Source: a virus. Taken from it: 64,000 nt of DNA. The stretch spans positions 3,508 through 67,507 of IMG/VR virus record IMGVR_UViG_3300025849_000031, one strand, 5' to 3'. This document shows positions 9,595 to 19,867 of this stretch, in pieces (the first letter of the stretch is position 1; every line of letters begins with the position of its first letter). The notes beneath the pieces were generated by a model. It ran no database searches, was not told the DNA's origin, and worked only from the letters and a program-made list of their open reading frames with translations. Position numbers and translations under genes: made by a program.

Positions 9595-9834
9595 ATGAAA
9601 GATAGATTTGATTTAGAACATGATATAATGAATTGTTGGAATGTAGTAGATGATGTTGATCTATTAGTGGAAACAATAATGGATAACCCAAAGTTTGATG
9701 ATATTCCACCAGAAACATGTGATAGAATAGCAAATGGACTAATGGGAATTAAAGAGCTATATGCAATGCGGTTTGAGAAACTATGGGACACATTCTTAGT
9801 AACATATCAACTAGATGAGTATAAAGAACAATGA
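9595..9834 (+). CDS. Hypothetical protein
   Basis: ATG at 9595 within track ORF 9565..9834; stop overlaps the gp47 start. Confidence 0.65.
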   Translation: MKDRFDLEHDIMNCWNVVDDVDLLVETIMDNPKFDDIPPETCDRIANGLMGIKELYAMRFEKLWDTFLVTYQLDEYKEQ

Positions 9835-10892
9835 AAATAGCTATCCTAAATGATACTCATTGTGGTGTACGTAACTCATCTGATGTATTCTTAAACTATC
9901 AAGAACGATTCTATTCTGAGATCTTCTTTCCTTATTTGAAAGAACATAACATTAAGAATATATTGCATCTTGGTGACTACTATGAACATAGAAAGTTTGT
10001 TAACTTTAAAGCTTTGAATCAAAATCGTAAAGTGTTCTTAGAGCCACTTAGAGATAATGGTATCACTATGGATATTATCCCTGGTAACCATGATGTGTTC
10101 TATAAGAATACCAATGAGCTATGTTCTTTAAAAGAGCTACTTGGTTACTTTACAACAAACGTAAATATCATAATGAAGCCAACCGTTCTGGACTATGATG
10201 GTCTAGGCGTAGCAGTTGTTCCATGGATTAATAATGCTAACTATAAAGAGTATACCGACTTTATTGCCAATTGTAAAGCTCCATTCCTTGGTGCTCACCT
10301 TGAGTTATTAGGATTTGATATGTACAAAGGCATGCCTAATCCACATGGTATGACAGCAGATCTATTTAAACGTTTCGAAAGTGTTATGTCAGGTCACTTT
10401 CATACGAAGTCAAGTAAAGGTAATGTTCACTATCTAGGTTCTCAGATGGAGTTTACTTGGAGTGATGTTGATGATCCTAAGTTCTTCCACATACTTGATA
10501 CTGAAACTCGAGAGCTCACTCCCGTACGTAATCCTATCACAATGTTTGAAAAAATAGTGTACAATGACGAGCAAATAGATTATAATAGTATAGATGTAGA
10601 GCAATATCGACATAAGTTCATCAAAGTATTGGTTGTCAATAAGACTGATCTATACACGTTTGATAAGTTTATCGATAGACTACAGGGTGTTGAAACATAT
10701 GAATTGAAGATCGCTGAGAACTTTGAAGAGTTTGTAGGTTCAAGCGTTGATGATGATAAGGTTTCTTTGGAAGATACAAAGGACTTACTCGATACATATG
10801 TTGATGCGGTTGAAACGGATCTTGACAAAGATAATATTAAAATGAAGCTACGGGAACTATATACCGAAGCACAAAACCTTGAGGTTGTATGA
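9831..10892 (+). CDS. gp47: Recombination endonuclease subunit (Mre11/SbcD-like)
   Basis: Metallophosphoesterase motifs DTH, LGD, GNHD, SGHFH. Confidence 0.95.
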   Translation: MKIAILNDTHCGVRNSSDVFLNYQERFYSEIFFPYLKEHNIKNILHLGDYYEHRKFVNFKALNQNRKVFLEPLRDNGITMDIIPGNHDVFYKNTNELCSLKELLGYFTTNVNIIMKPTVLDYDGLGVAVVPWINNANYKEYTDFIANCKAPFLGAHLELLGFDMYKGMPNPHGMTADLFKRFESVMSGHFHTKSSKGNVHYLGSQMEFTWSDVDDPKFFHILDTETRELTPVRNPITMFEKIVYNDEQIDYNSIDVEQYRHKFIKVLVVNKTDLYTFDKFIDRLQGVETYELKIAENFEEFVGSSVDDDKVSLEDTKDLLDTYVDAVETDLDKDNIKMKLRELYTEAQNLEVV

Positions 10893-12604
10893 TACATTTT
10901 AAAGTATGTAGATGGAAAAATCTACTATCAACTGGTAATGAATTTACAGAAATACAATTTGATAGAAGTCCAACCACTCTAATTGTTGGCCAAAACGGTG
11001 CAGGTAAGTCTACCTTACTTGATGCATTATCCTTTGGCCTCTTTGGTAAGTCACATCGCGATATTAAGAAAGACCAGCTGATTAACTCTATTAATAAGAA
11101 GCATTGTGTCGTTGAAGTAGAGTTTAAGATTGGATCGTCTGAATTTAAGATCCACCGAGCAATCAAGCCAGGCAAATTCGAAATCTATCAAAATGGCAAT
11201 CTGATTAATCAATCATCAAGTGTTAGAGATTATCAGAAGTTCTTAGAGCAAAACATTCTTAAGTTGAATCACAAGTCATTTCACCAAGTAGTTGTACTAG
11301 GATCCAGTTCCTTCATTCCCTTTATGCAGCTACCATCGCATTCTCGTAGAGAAGTGATCGAAGACTTATTGGATATTAACATCTTCAGTAAGATGAATGG
11401 TTTATTGAAAGAACGTAATGGTAAGATCAAAGAAGAGATTAAGGATCTATCATATCAGATTCAATTAATTAACGGTAAGATTGATACTCAAAACAAGTAT
11501 ATCAAGAACCTTGAATCATTAAATGAAGATCAAATCGATGGTAAGCGTAAAACAATTCGTGATCATAAAAAGGTTATCGATCAAATCTTTGCTGAATCAA
11601 AAGACTTAGGTGATGGTCTTACTACGCTAATCGCTGAAGACGATTCATCTTATAGCAAACTTAATGATCAGTTATTGCAATTAAAAACTAAAGACATGCA
11701 ATACAATAACGATATCACTCAGCTTGTAAAGACTTCGAAGTTCTATGAAGAACATGATGATTGTCCTACATGTGACCAAGTCATAAGCAAAGAAAAGAAA
11801 ACAGAGAAGCAAGAAGAGCTTAGACAGAATGCAATTCGAATTCAGGATGATAAAGTAAAAGCCGCAGTTGCAATGAAAGATTTAAATGCCTCTATTAGTA
11901 CAGTGCTAGATAGTCTTAATGAGCTAAAAGAAAAACAAGGTCAGATTCTTTCTAATAATGAAAAGATCTCTGTTTTACAAGGTGAAGTTGATAAGACTCA
12001 AAAGGAAATCAATTCACTATCTGGTCAGAGTGGTGATCTTAAGAATGCAAAGGTAGAGTTTGAAGGATTCCGTGAGTCAAAGGATTCATTAAATGAACGT
12101 AAACTAAAGTACCTTGAAGAGCGTACATATAATGAAGTCATTGGTGAAATGCTGAAAGATACTGGTATCAAAACCAAAGTCATTAAACAGTATCTGCCTG
12201 TAATGAATAAGATGATTAATCAATACCTTCAAGTGTTGGACTTCTTTGTAGCATTCCATTTAGATGAAAGCTTTAATGAGACAATCAAATCACGCCACAG
12301 AGATACGTTTAACTATTCATCATTCTCTGAAGGCGAGAAGCAAAGAATCGATCTATCTCTACTGTTCACTTGGAGACAGGTTGCTAAGATGAAGAACTCT
12401 GCAGCTACCAACCTACTGATTCTAGATGAGACATTTGATAGTAGTCTTGATGTAGATGGCGTAGATTCTCTTACGAAGATTCTAGATACTCTCGAAGATG
12501 GCTCAAACGTGTTTATTATATCACATAAGGGTGATGTCTTAGAGAATAAGTTTAGATCAAAGATCGAATTCATTAAAGAAAGGAACTTCTCTAAAGTTAA
12601 ATAA
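10889..12604 (+). CDS. gp46: Recombination ATPase subunit (Rad50/SbcC-like)
   Basis: Walker A GQNGAGKS, zinc hook CPTC, FSEGEKQRIDL signature, LILDE Walker B. Confidence 0.96.
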   Translation: MIHFKVCRWKNLLSTGNEFTEIQFDRSPTTLIVGQNGAGKSTLLDALSFGLFGKSHRDIKKDQLINSINKKHCVVEVEFKIGSSEFKIHRAIKPGKFEIYQNGNLINQSSSVRDYQKFLEQNILKLNHKSFHQVVVLGSSSFIPFMQLPSHSRREVIEDLLDINIFSKMNGLLKERNGKIKEEIKDLSYQIQLINGKIDTQNKYIKNLESLNEDQIDGKRKTIRDHKKVIDQIFAESKDLGDGLTTLIAEDDSSYSKLNDQLLQLKTKDMQYNNDITQLVKTSKFYEEHDDCPTCDQVISKEKKTEKQEELRQNAIRIQDDKVKAAVAMKDLNASISTVLDSLNELKEKQGQILSNNEKISVLQGEVDKTQKEINSLSGQSGDLKNAKVEFEGFRESKDSLNERKLKYLEERTYNEVIGEMLKDTGIKTKVIKQYLPVMNKMINQYLQVLDFFVAFHLDESFNETIKSRHRDTFNYSSFSEGEKQRIDLSLLFTWRQVAKMKNSAATNLLILDETFDSSLDVDGVDSLTKILDTLEDGSNVFIISHKGDVLENKFRSKIEFIKERNFSKVK

Positions 12605-12606
12605 GA

Positions 12607-12627
12607 CTTATATCAAAAAGTTATAAG
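12607..12627 (+). repeat. 21-bp promoter-upstream repeat, copy 1 of 3
   Basis: cttatatcaaaaagttataag, identical at 37329-37349 and 62021-62041. Confidence 0.9.
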
Positions 12628-12675
12628 AAAGTGACTTCTTATAACAAATCGATTTAAATAAAGTGCACTAAATGT

Positions 12676-12704
12676 TGTACAACCGATGCTTCTTGTGGTA
12701 TAAT
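12676..12704 (+). promoter_or_regulatory. Sigma70-type early promoter (cassette type)
   Basis: TGTACA-17-TATAAT, TGG extension, AT-rich upstream repeat. Confidence 0.8.
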
Positions 12705-12732
12705 ATACCTATATTATCAAGGAGCACTTCCT

Positions 12733-14967
12733 ATGTATCAAGTAAACCCACTGCTAGCCAAACTTCTCGCCAAAGAGAATCTTACGGTTCAGCACGGCAA
12801 TTATAAGACAGCTTGGTTCGATGTACAGAATCGTGTACTTGGTCTTCCTATATGGAAAGACTTAGGTAAAGATGTATATGATCTATTGGTAGGTCATGAA
12901 GTTGGTCATGCTTTATACACTCCACTCGAAGGTCTTCACAGTTCGAATGAAGAAATCAAAGGTTGTCCTCGAACCTACATTAACGTAGTCGAAGATGCTC
13001 GTATCGAAAGAAAAATCCGTGAATCGTATCCTGGTCTAATTCGTACATTTAAGAGTGGATATAAGGATCTATACGCTTCTGGTCTATTTGGTGAAAACCA
13101 TGACTTCGATACTCTAAAGCTCATCGATAAAATCAACCTCAAGTCTAAGCTAGTAGACTTGATTGATGTTCCATTTAATGACGAAGAGCTTGAGCTATAT
13201 TACGAAACACTCAATACTCAAACGTTCTCAGATGTTTGTGTAGTCGTAAAGAAAATCCTTGCTTACCAGAAAGATCTTGATGAGAGCGAAGAAGAAGATA
13301 GTAACAACATACAGTCATTGCCTACCGATGAGGGTGATGATGGCGATACTGGTCACGATGACCAAGAAGCGAGTGATTCAGAAGACGAATCAGAATCTGA
13401 TTCAGATGATACTGATCTAGATGACGAATCTGATGCACAAGAAGATGAAAATGATGAATCAGCTCCGACTGAATTTGATTTAACTGATGATGAATCGGAT
13501 TCACAATCAACTGTTTCAATTTCTCCTAAAGCTCCAGAACATAATCCAATTGATGAAGAGATATCTGAGACTGATGAATTATTTCGATTAAACGAAGATA
13601 AACTCTTAGATGTTGACGAGTTTGGTGATCAGACTTTATTCATTACTGATTACAACAAAAACGAACTTGATCAAATTGTAATACCATACGCTAGGCTTGC
13701 AGAGTCAAGAGCCAAAAAGGTTGCTCGATCAGATAATCGATGGAAAACACTAGAAGACTATTACGAAATTAGATCTAAGTGTAAGACCTACTTGAAAGAC
13801 GTAAAGAAATCTGTACAGCCAGCAGTCAAAGAGTTTGAAATGAAGAAAGCTGCATATCAGTGGCAGCGAGCTTCCTCGGCAAAAACTGGTTCTATCAATG
13901 TCGATAAGCTATATTCTTATAAGTATGAAGACGATATCTTCGCTCGAGTAACTCAGATGGCTGATGCTAAGAATCATGGTTTAATGCTTCTGATTGATTA
14001 CTCTGGTTCTATGTATGATATCATAGGTAACGTTGTTCAACAAACATTGCACATGGTATCATTCTGTAAAGCAGTCAATATCCCATTTAGTGTTTATTGT
14101 TTTACAACTGGGTATGATAATGTAACTGTCCGTGACAACGCAATGTATGCAGATGATATTAAGATGTGTGAGCTCGTTAGTTCTGATTTAAACAAAAAGG
14201 ATTACGAAGAAGCAATGTATCAATTATCTCTAAGGTGTTACAGCGCAGGGTTGGTCGATACTGAAAACAAAAATATAGGTCTGAGAGCACACAATTTCAA
14301 TTACAGAGACTATACTTCAAGATATGAAGAGTTCGGTTCGACTCCGTTGAATCAGGCTTTGTTAGTCGCGAATCAGCTAGTAAAGAAATTCGTCAATAAA
14401 CATAGTGTTCAAAAAATGAATTTCGTTACGATAACTGATGGTGATGCTAATCGTATACAGACTTACCGATACGGAAACGAGTCAAACGCAATGCCTATCA
14501 ACACTGGATCATACAGAAAATCACCAACTATCAAGCTTCAAGTTGGTAACAAGATTATTGATTCTGGCCTGGGTAGAGAACTTACCACTGCCTTACTTGA
14601 TAATCTGCGTAAAACATACAACGCAAACACTATGGGATTCTTTATTGCTGAAAGATCTGCTGAGTTTAACTATCGTTGTCATAGTGCTGTATTATCAAAG
14701 GCCACTAGTCGAGAGTTTGTCGGCCCAACGACAACCCGAAAGCTGGTGACTAAGGAATACAACAAAAACAAATGTGTTGAGTTTAAAGATGTCTTTGGCT
14801 ACGATACGTACTACATGGTTAAGGGCGGCAAGGGAGCGCTGAATACAGAATCGGATGAGTTTAATCCATCGACTACTAAGTCTATTGGTAACGACTTTAA
14901 GAAGTTCTCCAAGTCAAAGAAAACAAACAAAGTGTTAATGCAGAAAATAGGAGCGGCAGTCGCATAA
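12733..14967 (+). CDS. Zincin-motif plus von Willebrand A domain protein (CobT/vWA-like)
   Basis: N-terminal HEVGH (HExxH), long acidic linker, MIDAS elements DYSGS, GSTP and TDG. Confidence 0.75.
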   Translation: MYQVNPLLAKLLAKENLTVQHGNYKTAWFDVQNRVLGLPIWKDLGKDVYDLLVGHEVGHALYTPLEGLHSSNEEIKGCPRTYINVVEDARIERKIRESYPGLIRTFKSGYKDLYASGLFGENHDFDTLKLIDKINLKSKLVDLIDVPFNDEELELYYETLNTQTFSDVCVVVKKILAYQKDLDESEEEDSNNIQSLPTDEGDDGDTGHDDQEASDSEDESESDSDDTDLDDESDAQEDENDESAPTEFDLTDDESDSQSTVSISPKAPEHNPIDEEISETDELFRLNEDKLLDVDEFGDQTLFITDYNKNELDQIVIPYARLAESRAKKVARSDNRWKTLEDYYEIRSKCKTYLKDVKKSVQPAVKEFEMKKAAYQWQRASSAKTGSINVDKLYSYKYEDDIFARVTQMADAKNHGLMLLIDYSGSMYDIIGNVVQQTLHMVSFCKAVNIPFSVYCFTTGYDNVTVRDNAMYADDIKMCELVSSDLNKKDYEEAMYQLSLRCYSAGLVDTENKNIGLRAHNFNYRDYTSRYEEFGSTPLNQALLVANQLVKKFVNKHSVQKMNFVTITDGDANRIQTYRYGNESNAMPINTGSYRKSPTIKLQVGNKIIDSGLGRELTTALLDNLRKTYNANTMGFFIAERSAEFNYRCHSAVLSKATSREFVGPTTTRKLVTKEYNKNKCVEFKDVFGYDTYYMVKGGKGALNTESDEFNPSTTKSIGNDFKKFSKSKKTNKVLMQKIGAAVA

Positions 14968-15248
14968 TGAATGAACCTACTATAATAGATTGGATAAAAG
15001 AAGACTTCGCAAGTGATCCTAAACGATTCATTATCGAAGTCATTGCATGGATTCTAAGCATTGGTTGCAGCATCACTATGGCTATCACTGTTCCTAATCC
15101 ACCATTGGTGATGCTGTATCCAGTATGGATCACCGGTTGTGTGCTCTACGCATGGGCAGCTTGGTCACGTCGATCAACAGGAATGCTAGCCAACTATATG
15201 TTAATGGCAACGATTGATTTGATTGGGTTATATAGAATGGTTTTCTAA
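14967..15248 (+). CDS. Small membrane protein
   Basis: 93 aa with about three hydrophobic segments; start overlaps the upstream stop. Confidence 0.65.
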   Translation: MNEPTIIDWIKEDFASDPKRFIIEVIAWILSIGCSITMAITVPNPPLVMLYPVWITGCVLYAWAAWSRRSTGMLANYMLMATIDLIGLYRMVF

Positions 15249-15282
15249 TAACAAAACAATCTAAATAAAATGAAAATAATTG

Positions 15283-15311
15283 TGTACAACCACAGTTACC
15301 TATGGTATAAT
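15283..15311 (+). promoter_or_regulatory. Sigma70-type early promoter (cassette type)
   Basis: TGTACA-17-TATAAT followed by conserved leader gctatataaattaatgaaacaggacttatattATG. Confidence 0.85.
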
Positions 15312-15335
15312 GGCTATATAAATTAATGAAACAGG
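15295..15335 (+). repeat. 41-bp exact direct repeat, copy 1
   Basis: gttacctatggtataatggctatataaattaatgaaacagg, identical at 37269-37309. Confidence 0.92.
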
Positions 15336-15344
15336 ACTTATATT

Positions 15345-16469
15345 ATGAAAATCTCCACCCTGACAATCCTGAAAACTCTGGCTAATAATTATCCAGATAC
15401 GACAGTCTTTCGTAAGAATATTATCGAGTCTACGGCTCGTGATCTCGGCTACACTGGAAAGGACTTCGTTCCTCTTCTCACCCCAGAAGCTCGAGTTCAT
15501 AAAGGAACATATGATTTAGCTTCAATTATCCCTAAACCAGAACCTGTTGTTGAAGCTTCACAACCAAATGCTGTAATGGGAATGGTTGCTTCGGTTACAA
15601 ACTCTGAGAAAACTTTTGTTGATGTGGATCCTACGTTTGTTCCATGGGGCTCTTTTAAAGACATCACTCAGATCGTCAAATCTCAAATGTTCTTCCCTGT
15701 TTATATTTCAGGTCTATCCGGTAACGGTAAAACCTTCATGGTAGAACAAGCTTGCGCTAAGCTAAAACGAGAAGTTATTCGTGTTCAAATCAATCCTGAA
15801 ACGGATGAAGATGATTTGATTGGTGGCTTCCGCCTCGTAAATGGCGAAACAGTTTTTGCTAAAGGTCCGGTTCTAAAAGCAATGGAGTCTGGCGCGATTC
15901 TTCTTCTTGATGAAATCGATCGTGCTACAAATAAGATCATGTGTCTTCAGGGTATTCTTGAAGGTAAGCCGGTTCTAGTAAAGAAGACTGGTGATATCGT
16001 CAAACCTGCTGATGGGTTTAATGTAATCGCAACAGCTAATACAAAAGGTAAAGGTTCAGAAGATGGACGATTTACTGCGGCTTCTATCATTGATGATGCT
16101 TTCCTTGAGCGTTTCAATATCTCTATTGATCAGAAGTTTCCTTCTAAAAGCATCGAAGAAAAGATCTTAGTTAAACACCTCAATAAGTTTAAAGGTGAAT
16201 CTAGTTCTACTGATGCGGAGTTTATTGATAAGCTAGTCAACTGGGCTGATATCATTCGTAAAACTTTCTATGATGATGGTATCGATGAGGTTGTTTCAAC
16301 TCGACGCTTATGTCACATCATTCAAACTTTCACTCTCTTTAAAGATAAGATGAAAGCAATTAATTTATGTATCTCACGTTTTGATGATGATACGAAAGAA
16401 GCATTCCTAGATCTCTACACTAAAGTCGATTCTGGAGTCGAAATGTTTAATACTGAGGAAGAATTATAA
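15345..16469 (+). CDS. cobS: MoxR/CobS-like AAA+ ATPase
   Basis: Walker A GLSGNGKT, DDLIGG, Walker B LLLDEID, VIATANTKG, AFLERF, STRRL. Confidence 0.88.
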   Translation: MKISTLTILKTLANNYPDTTVFRKNIIESTARDLGYTGKDFVPLLTPEARVHKGTYDLASIIPKPEPVVEASQPNAVMGMVASVTNSEKTFVDVDPTFVPWGSFKDITQIVKSQMFFPVYISGLSGNGKTFMVEQACAKLKREVIRVQINPETDEDDLIGGFRLVNGETVFAKGPVLKAMESGAILLLDEIDRATNKIMCLQGILEGKPVLVKKTGDIVKPADGFNVIATANTKGKGSEDGRFTAASIIDDAFLERFNISIDQKFPSKSIEEKILVKHLNKFKGESSSTDAEFIDKLVNWADIIRKTFYDDGIDEVVSTRRLCHIIQTFTLFKDKMKAINLCISRFDDDTKEAFLDLYTKVDSGVEMFNTEEEL

Positions 16470-16741
16470 TGCAATACAAGTTTAATGAAGGTGCTCTCAT
16501 CACAGAGTTTAAGAAGTACATTGACTCTACATATGAGGGTCACTATTGCCAAGGAGGATTCCAATCCTCTGAGGTGATTGTCGATCGAGGTCATGGTCTA
16601 GGGTTTTTCCTAGGCAATGTTGATAAGTATAATGCTCGATACGGTCAGAAAGGTGGTCCTAGCGATCATCGAAAAGACTTAATGAAGGTATTGCATTATG
16701 CTTTACTTGCGTTAAATGAACACGATAGAGTAAATAAGTAG
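16469..16741 (+). CDS. DUF3310-like protein
   Basis: HY...GFFLGNVDKYNARYG.K....KDLMKVLHY pattern. Confidence 0.65.
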   Translation: MQYKFNEGALITEFKKYIDSTYEGHYCQGGFQSSEVIVDRGHGLGFFLGNVDKYNARYGQKGGPSDHRKDLMKVLHYALLALNEHDRVNK

Positions 16742-16770
16742 TGTACATTTTTATGAAACTGTGTTATAAT
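16742..16770 (+). promoter_or_regulatory. Sigma70-type promoter for gp45
   Basis: TGTACA-17-TATAAT with TG extension. Confidence 0.8.
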
Positions 16771-16796
16771 ATAATATCTAAAACAGGAGAAACAGT

Positions 16797-17483
16797 ATGA
16801 CAGTAAGTATTTCAAATGATACTCTATCTGTGCTCAGGAACTTTTCCAGCATTAATCCCAATGTTGTGCTAAAGCCTGGTCAGGAAGTCAAGACAATCTC
16901 AGAAGCAAAGAACATTCTTGCTATTGCTGACATTGACGAAAACTTCCCTACAGAAATGGGTATCTATGATCTTAATGAATTTTTATCAGTAGTGAATCTA
17001 GTTGATAATCCACAACTCAACTTTGGTGATAATCATGTCGATATCGCCGGTGGTAACTCAAAGGTCAAGTATTTCTTTTCCGATTCGAGTATTCTAACCA
17101 CACCACAAAAGGACATTACGATGCCCGATTGTGAAGTTGAAGTATCATTTACCGATGATACATTGTCTCAAATTCGTAAGGCTGCATCAGCTTTAGGGCA
17201 TTCGGAAATGTCTATCTCAGCTACTGATGATGGTGTAAATATTAAGGTATTTGACTCAAAGGACAGCTCAGCGAATATATATAATATACAGCTTGCAAAT
17301 GATGCTGGTTACAAAGAAGGTCAGTTCGATTTCGTAATCAATATCAATAATTTGAAGCTGTTGGATGGAGACTACATTGTTAAAATCTCATCTAAACTTA
17401 TTTCCGAATGGAAAAACACAACCAAGCCTGTAAGATATTACATCGCATTGGAAAAAAATAGTAACTATAATAACTCTCAATAG
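16797..17483 (+). CDS. gp45: Sliding clamp
   Basis: TLSVLRNFSSINPN, GIYDLNEFLS, YYIALE; precedes the clamp loader genes. Confidence 0.93.
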   Translation: MTVSISNDTLSVLRNFSSINPNVVLKPGQEVKTISEAKNILAIADIDENFPTEMGIYDLNEFLSVVNLVDNPQLNFGDNHVDIAGGNSKVKYFFSDSSILTTPQKDITMPDCEVEVSFTDDTLSQIRKAASALGHSEMSISATDDGVNIKVFDSKDSSANIYNIQLANDAGYKEGQFDFVININNLKLLDGDYIVKISSKLISEWKNTTKPVRYYIALEKNSNYNNSQ

Positions 17484-17492
17484 GAGAACAAC

Positions 17493-17759
17493 ATGTCAGA
17501 AGAAGTAAACACAACAGAAGCCCCAACTGAAGCCGCAGAGGTTCAATTATCGCTTGCTGATCTAGCCGCCGTAGTACAAATTATCGATATTACTACAAAG
17601 CGTGGTGCCTATGAAGGTGCTGAACTTGAAAGCGTTGGTGGAGTACGTAATCGTTTCCAAGCATTCGTAGCAGCTCAAACAGAAAGTGAAAGTGAAGAAG
17701 GCGCTACTGCCGAAGACGAAGCAGGTGATCCTGTTGAAGTCGAAGAAGTCGAAGCTTAA
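17493..17759 (+). CDS. Small acidic hypothetical protein
   Basis: 88 aa with GGAG RBS; core IIDITTKRGAYEGAELESVG; followed by a gggggt/accccc hairpin near 17766-17783. Confidence 0.7.
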   Translation: MSEEVNTTEAPTEAAEVQLSLADLAAVVQIIDITTKRGAYEGAELESVGGVRNRFQAFVAAQTESESEEGATAEDEAGDPVEVEEVEA

Positions 17760-17811
17760 AACTACGGGGGTGTAAAAACCCCCAACATTATTTTATTATG
17801 AAGGATATATT

Positions 17812-18069
17812 ATGGATCGCAACTCAAATGCACGTTTGATTGAAGCACTCAAAAAAGGTACAGTGACTGTAACCTTTCAAAAAATTGACTCAGATGAAAT
17901 TCGGGTCATGCCTTGTACTCTCAACCCAACCCTTTTAGAAGCAAATGGTATTACATCTACCGTTGATGCTATCAGCCCCGACTCTGAACATTTGGCCGTA
18001 TGGTCACTTGATAAAGATGCTTGGCGATCGTTTCGTGTTTCAACGGTTATTGGTTGGGAGGTACTTTGA
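17812..18069 (+). CDS. WYL/SH3-like small protein (DUF2693-like)
   Basis: VTVTFQK...RVMPCTLN...VWSLDKDAWRSFR pattern. Confidence 0.65.
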   Translation: MDRNSNARLIEALKKGTVTVTFQKIDSDEIRVMPCTLNPTLLEANGITSTVDAISPDSEHLAVWSLDKDAWRSFRVSTVIGWEVL

Positions 18070-19007
18070 TGTCTAATGAATTTCTCTGGGTAGAAAAGTA
18101 TCGACCACAACGAATTAGTGACATAGTCTTACCTCGTACTATTAAAAAAACTTTTGAAGATATTGTTAAAGGAGGTGACCTACACAATATGCTTCTCACC
18201 GGTACAGCCGGTCTTGGTAAGACTACTGTCGCTAAGGCGTTATGCAAAGAACTCGATCTCGATTATATTCTAATCAATGGATCGGAAGAAGGCAATATCG
18301 ATACACTACGCGGCAAGATTAAGAAATTCGCTTCGACAGTTTCTCTTCAAGGTGGCTACAAAGTAGTCATCTTGGATGAGGCTGATTATCTTAATGCGCA
18401 ATCAACACAGCCAGCACTTCGTGGATTCATTGAAGAGTTCTCATCGAACTGCCGGTTTATTCTAACTTGTAACTTCAAGAATCGTATTATTGAACCATTA
18501 CATTCTCGTTGTACACCAATCGAATTCAATATTGCTAAGAAAGATCATCCTGCATTGATGGCTTCCTTTATGGAAAGATGCGGTATGATTCTTCAAGCTG
18601 AAGGTATTCAATACGATAAGGCAGTTATTGCTGAGATCATTATGAAATACTGTCCTGATTGGCGTCGTGTTCTTAATGAACTACAGCGTTATTCAGCATC
18701 AGGTGTAATTGATTCAGGCATCTTAGTTTCTATATCAGAAGTAAACATTGAAACTCTTATGAAGTCTCTCAAAGGAAAGAACTTCAAAGGTATGCGTCAA
18801 TGGGTTGTTGATAATATCGATGTAGAACCTGCTGCTCTCTTTCGTCAAATATACGATCACATGGGTGACTATATCGATCCTCAATCGATACCCCAAGTTG
18901 TTCTTATACTTGCAGACTATCAATATAAGAATGCATTCGTAGCAGATCATGAACTCAATGTAGTAGCTTGTCTTACTGAGATCATGGCAGGGTGTCAATT
19001 TAAATGA
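18069..19007 (+). CDS. gp44: Clamp loader large subunit
   Basis: Start MSNEFLWVEKYRP at 18069; GTAGLGKT, ILDEAD, SRC motif. Confidence 0.96.
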   Translation: MSNEFLWVEKYRPQRISDIVLPRTIKKTFEDIVKGGDLHNMLLTGTAGLGKTTVAKALCKELDLDYILINGSEEGNIDTLRGKIKKFASTVSLQGGYKVVILDEADYLNAQSTQPALRGFIEEFSSNCRFILTCNFKNRIIEPLHSRCTPIEFNIAKKDHPALMASFMERCGMILQAEGIQYDKAVIAEIIMKYCPDWRRVLNELQRYSASGVIDSGILVSISEVNIETLMKSLKGKNFKGMRQWVVDNIDVEPAALFRQIYDHMGDYIDPQSIPQVVLILADYQYKNAFVADHELNVVACLTEIMAGCQFK

Positions 19008-19381
19008 ACCCATTCGAATATATAAATGCAATCAACACAACCAAGAAAGATATCATGGTTGATGACATTGCTGAATCTAAATACGCACCGTTTATGGTTA
19101 ATAGAAGCTTATCGTATTTCCCAGACACGGTGTTGTATGCTAACGAAATGAATATTAACCACCACATTGACCATCGCCTTCAATTCGATTTCTTTATAAA
19201 TATAGTTAAGAAAAAGAAAAGATTCTCTAAATGGCTTAAACCTGAAGAGATTACTGATTTGAATGTAGTAAAAGAATATTATGGTTATAGCAATGAAAAG
19301 GCTAAATCCGTATTATCCTTATTTACTGATGAACAATTAACTGAATTGAGAAAAAGGATGTGCAAAGGTGGAAAACAATAA
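19004..19381 (+). CDS. gp62: Clamp loader small subunit
   Basis: PFEYINAIN, YAPFMVNRSLS, KEYYGYSNEKA; synteny. Confidence 0.92.
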   Translation: MNPFEYINAINTTKKDIMVDDIAESKYAPFMVNRSLSYFPDTVLYANEMNINHHIDHRLQFDFFINIVKKKKRFSKWLKPEEITDLNVVKEYYGYSNEKAKSVLSLFTDEQLTELRKRMCKGGKQ

Positions 19382-19784
19382 TCAAATACAATCGTGGACT
19401 CCGGCTGACATGCTGGAAGTTATACTCAACGAACCAGATGATTTTTTAAAGATTAAAGAAACATTGACTCGTATTGGAGTAGCATCGCGCAAAGACAACA
19501 AACTATATCAGAGCTGTCATATCTTGCATAAGCAGGGTAGATACTTTATAGTGCACTTTAAAGAGTTGTTCTTACTAGACGGTAAGCCATCTAACTTGAT
19601 CGAAAACGATATTGAACGACGTAACACCATTACTACGCTATTAAGTGATTGGGGTTTAGTTGAAATCGTTAATTCAGAGCAAGCATCTAGTAAAGCGCCA
19701 CTACGTCAAATTAAAGTTATTCCTCATAAAGATAAATCTCTATGGGAACTATGTACAAAATATAATATCGGTAATTCAAACTAA
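19368..19784 (+). CDS. regA: Translational repressor RegA
   Basis: PDDFLKIKETLTRIG, LYQSCHILHKQGRYFIVHFKELF. Confidence 0.96.
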   Translation: MENNNQIQSWTPADMLEVILNEPDDFLKIKETLTRIGVASRKDNKLYQSCHILHKQGRYFIVHFKELFLLDGKPSNLIENDIERRNTITTLLSDWGLVEIVNSEQASSKAPLRQIKVIPHKDKSLWELCTKYNIGNSN

Positions 19785-19796
19785 CGTTATTCTTTG

Positions 19797-19804
19797 TATA
19801 AATA
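19797..19804 (+). promoter_or_regulatory. T4-type late promoter for hsp20
   Basis: Exact TATAAATA, intergenic. Confidence 0.75.
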
Positions 19805-19809
19805 CCAAT

Positions 19810-19867
19810 GGACCGCCGGATAACCGGGGTTCTATTACTAACCTTGCTAAAAAAATAGGAGGTCAAA
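19810..19867 (+). promoter_or_regulatory. Candidate ROSE-type RNA thermometer in the hsp20 5' UTR
   Basis: Two hairpins; the second pairs ccUUGCUa with the SD uAGGAGG and leaves the G of UUGCU bulged. Confidence 0.6.
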
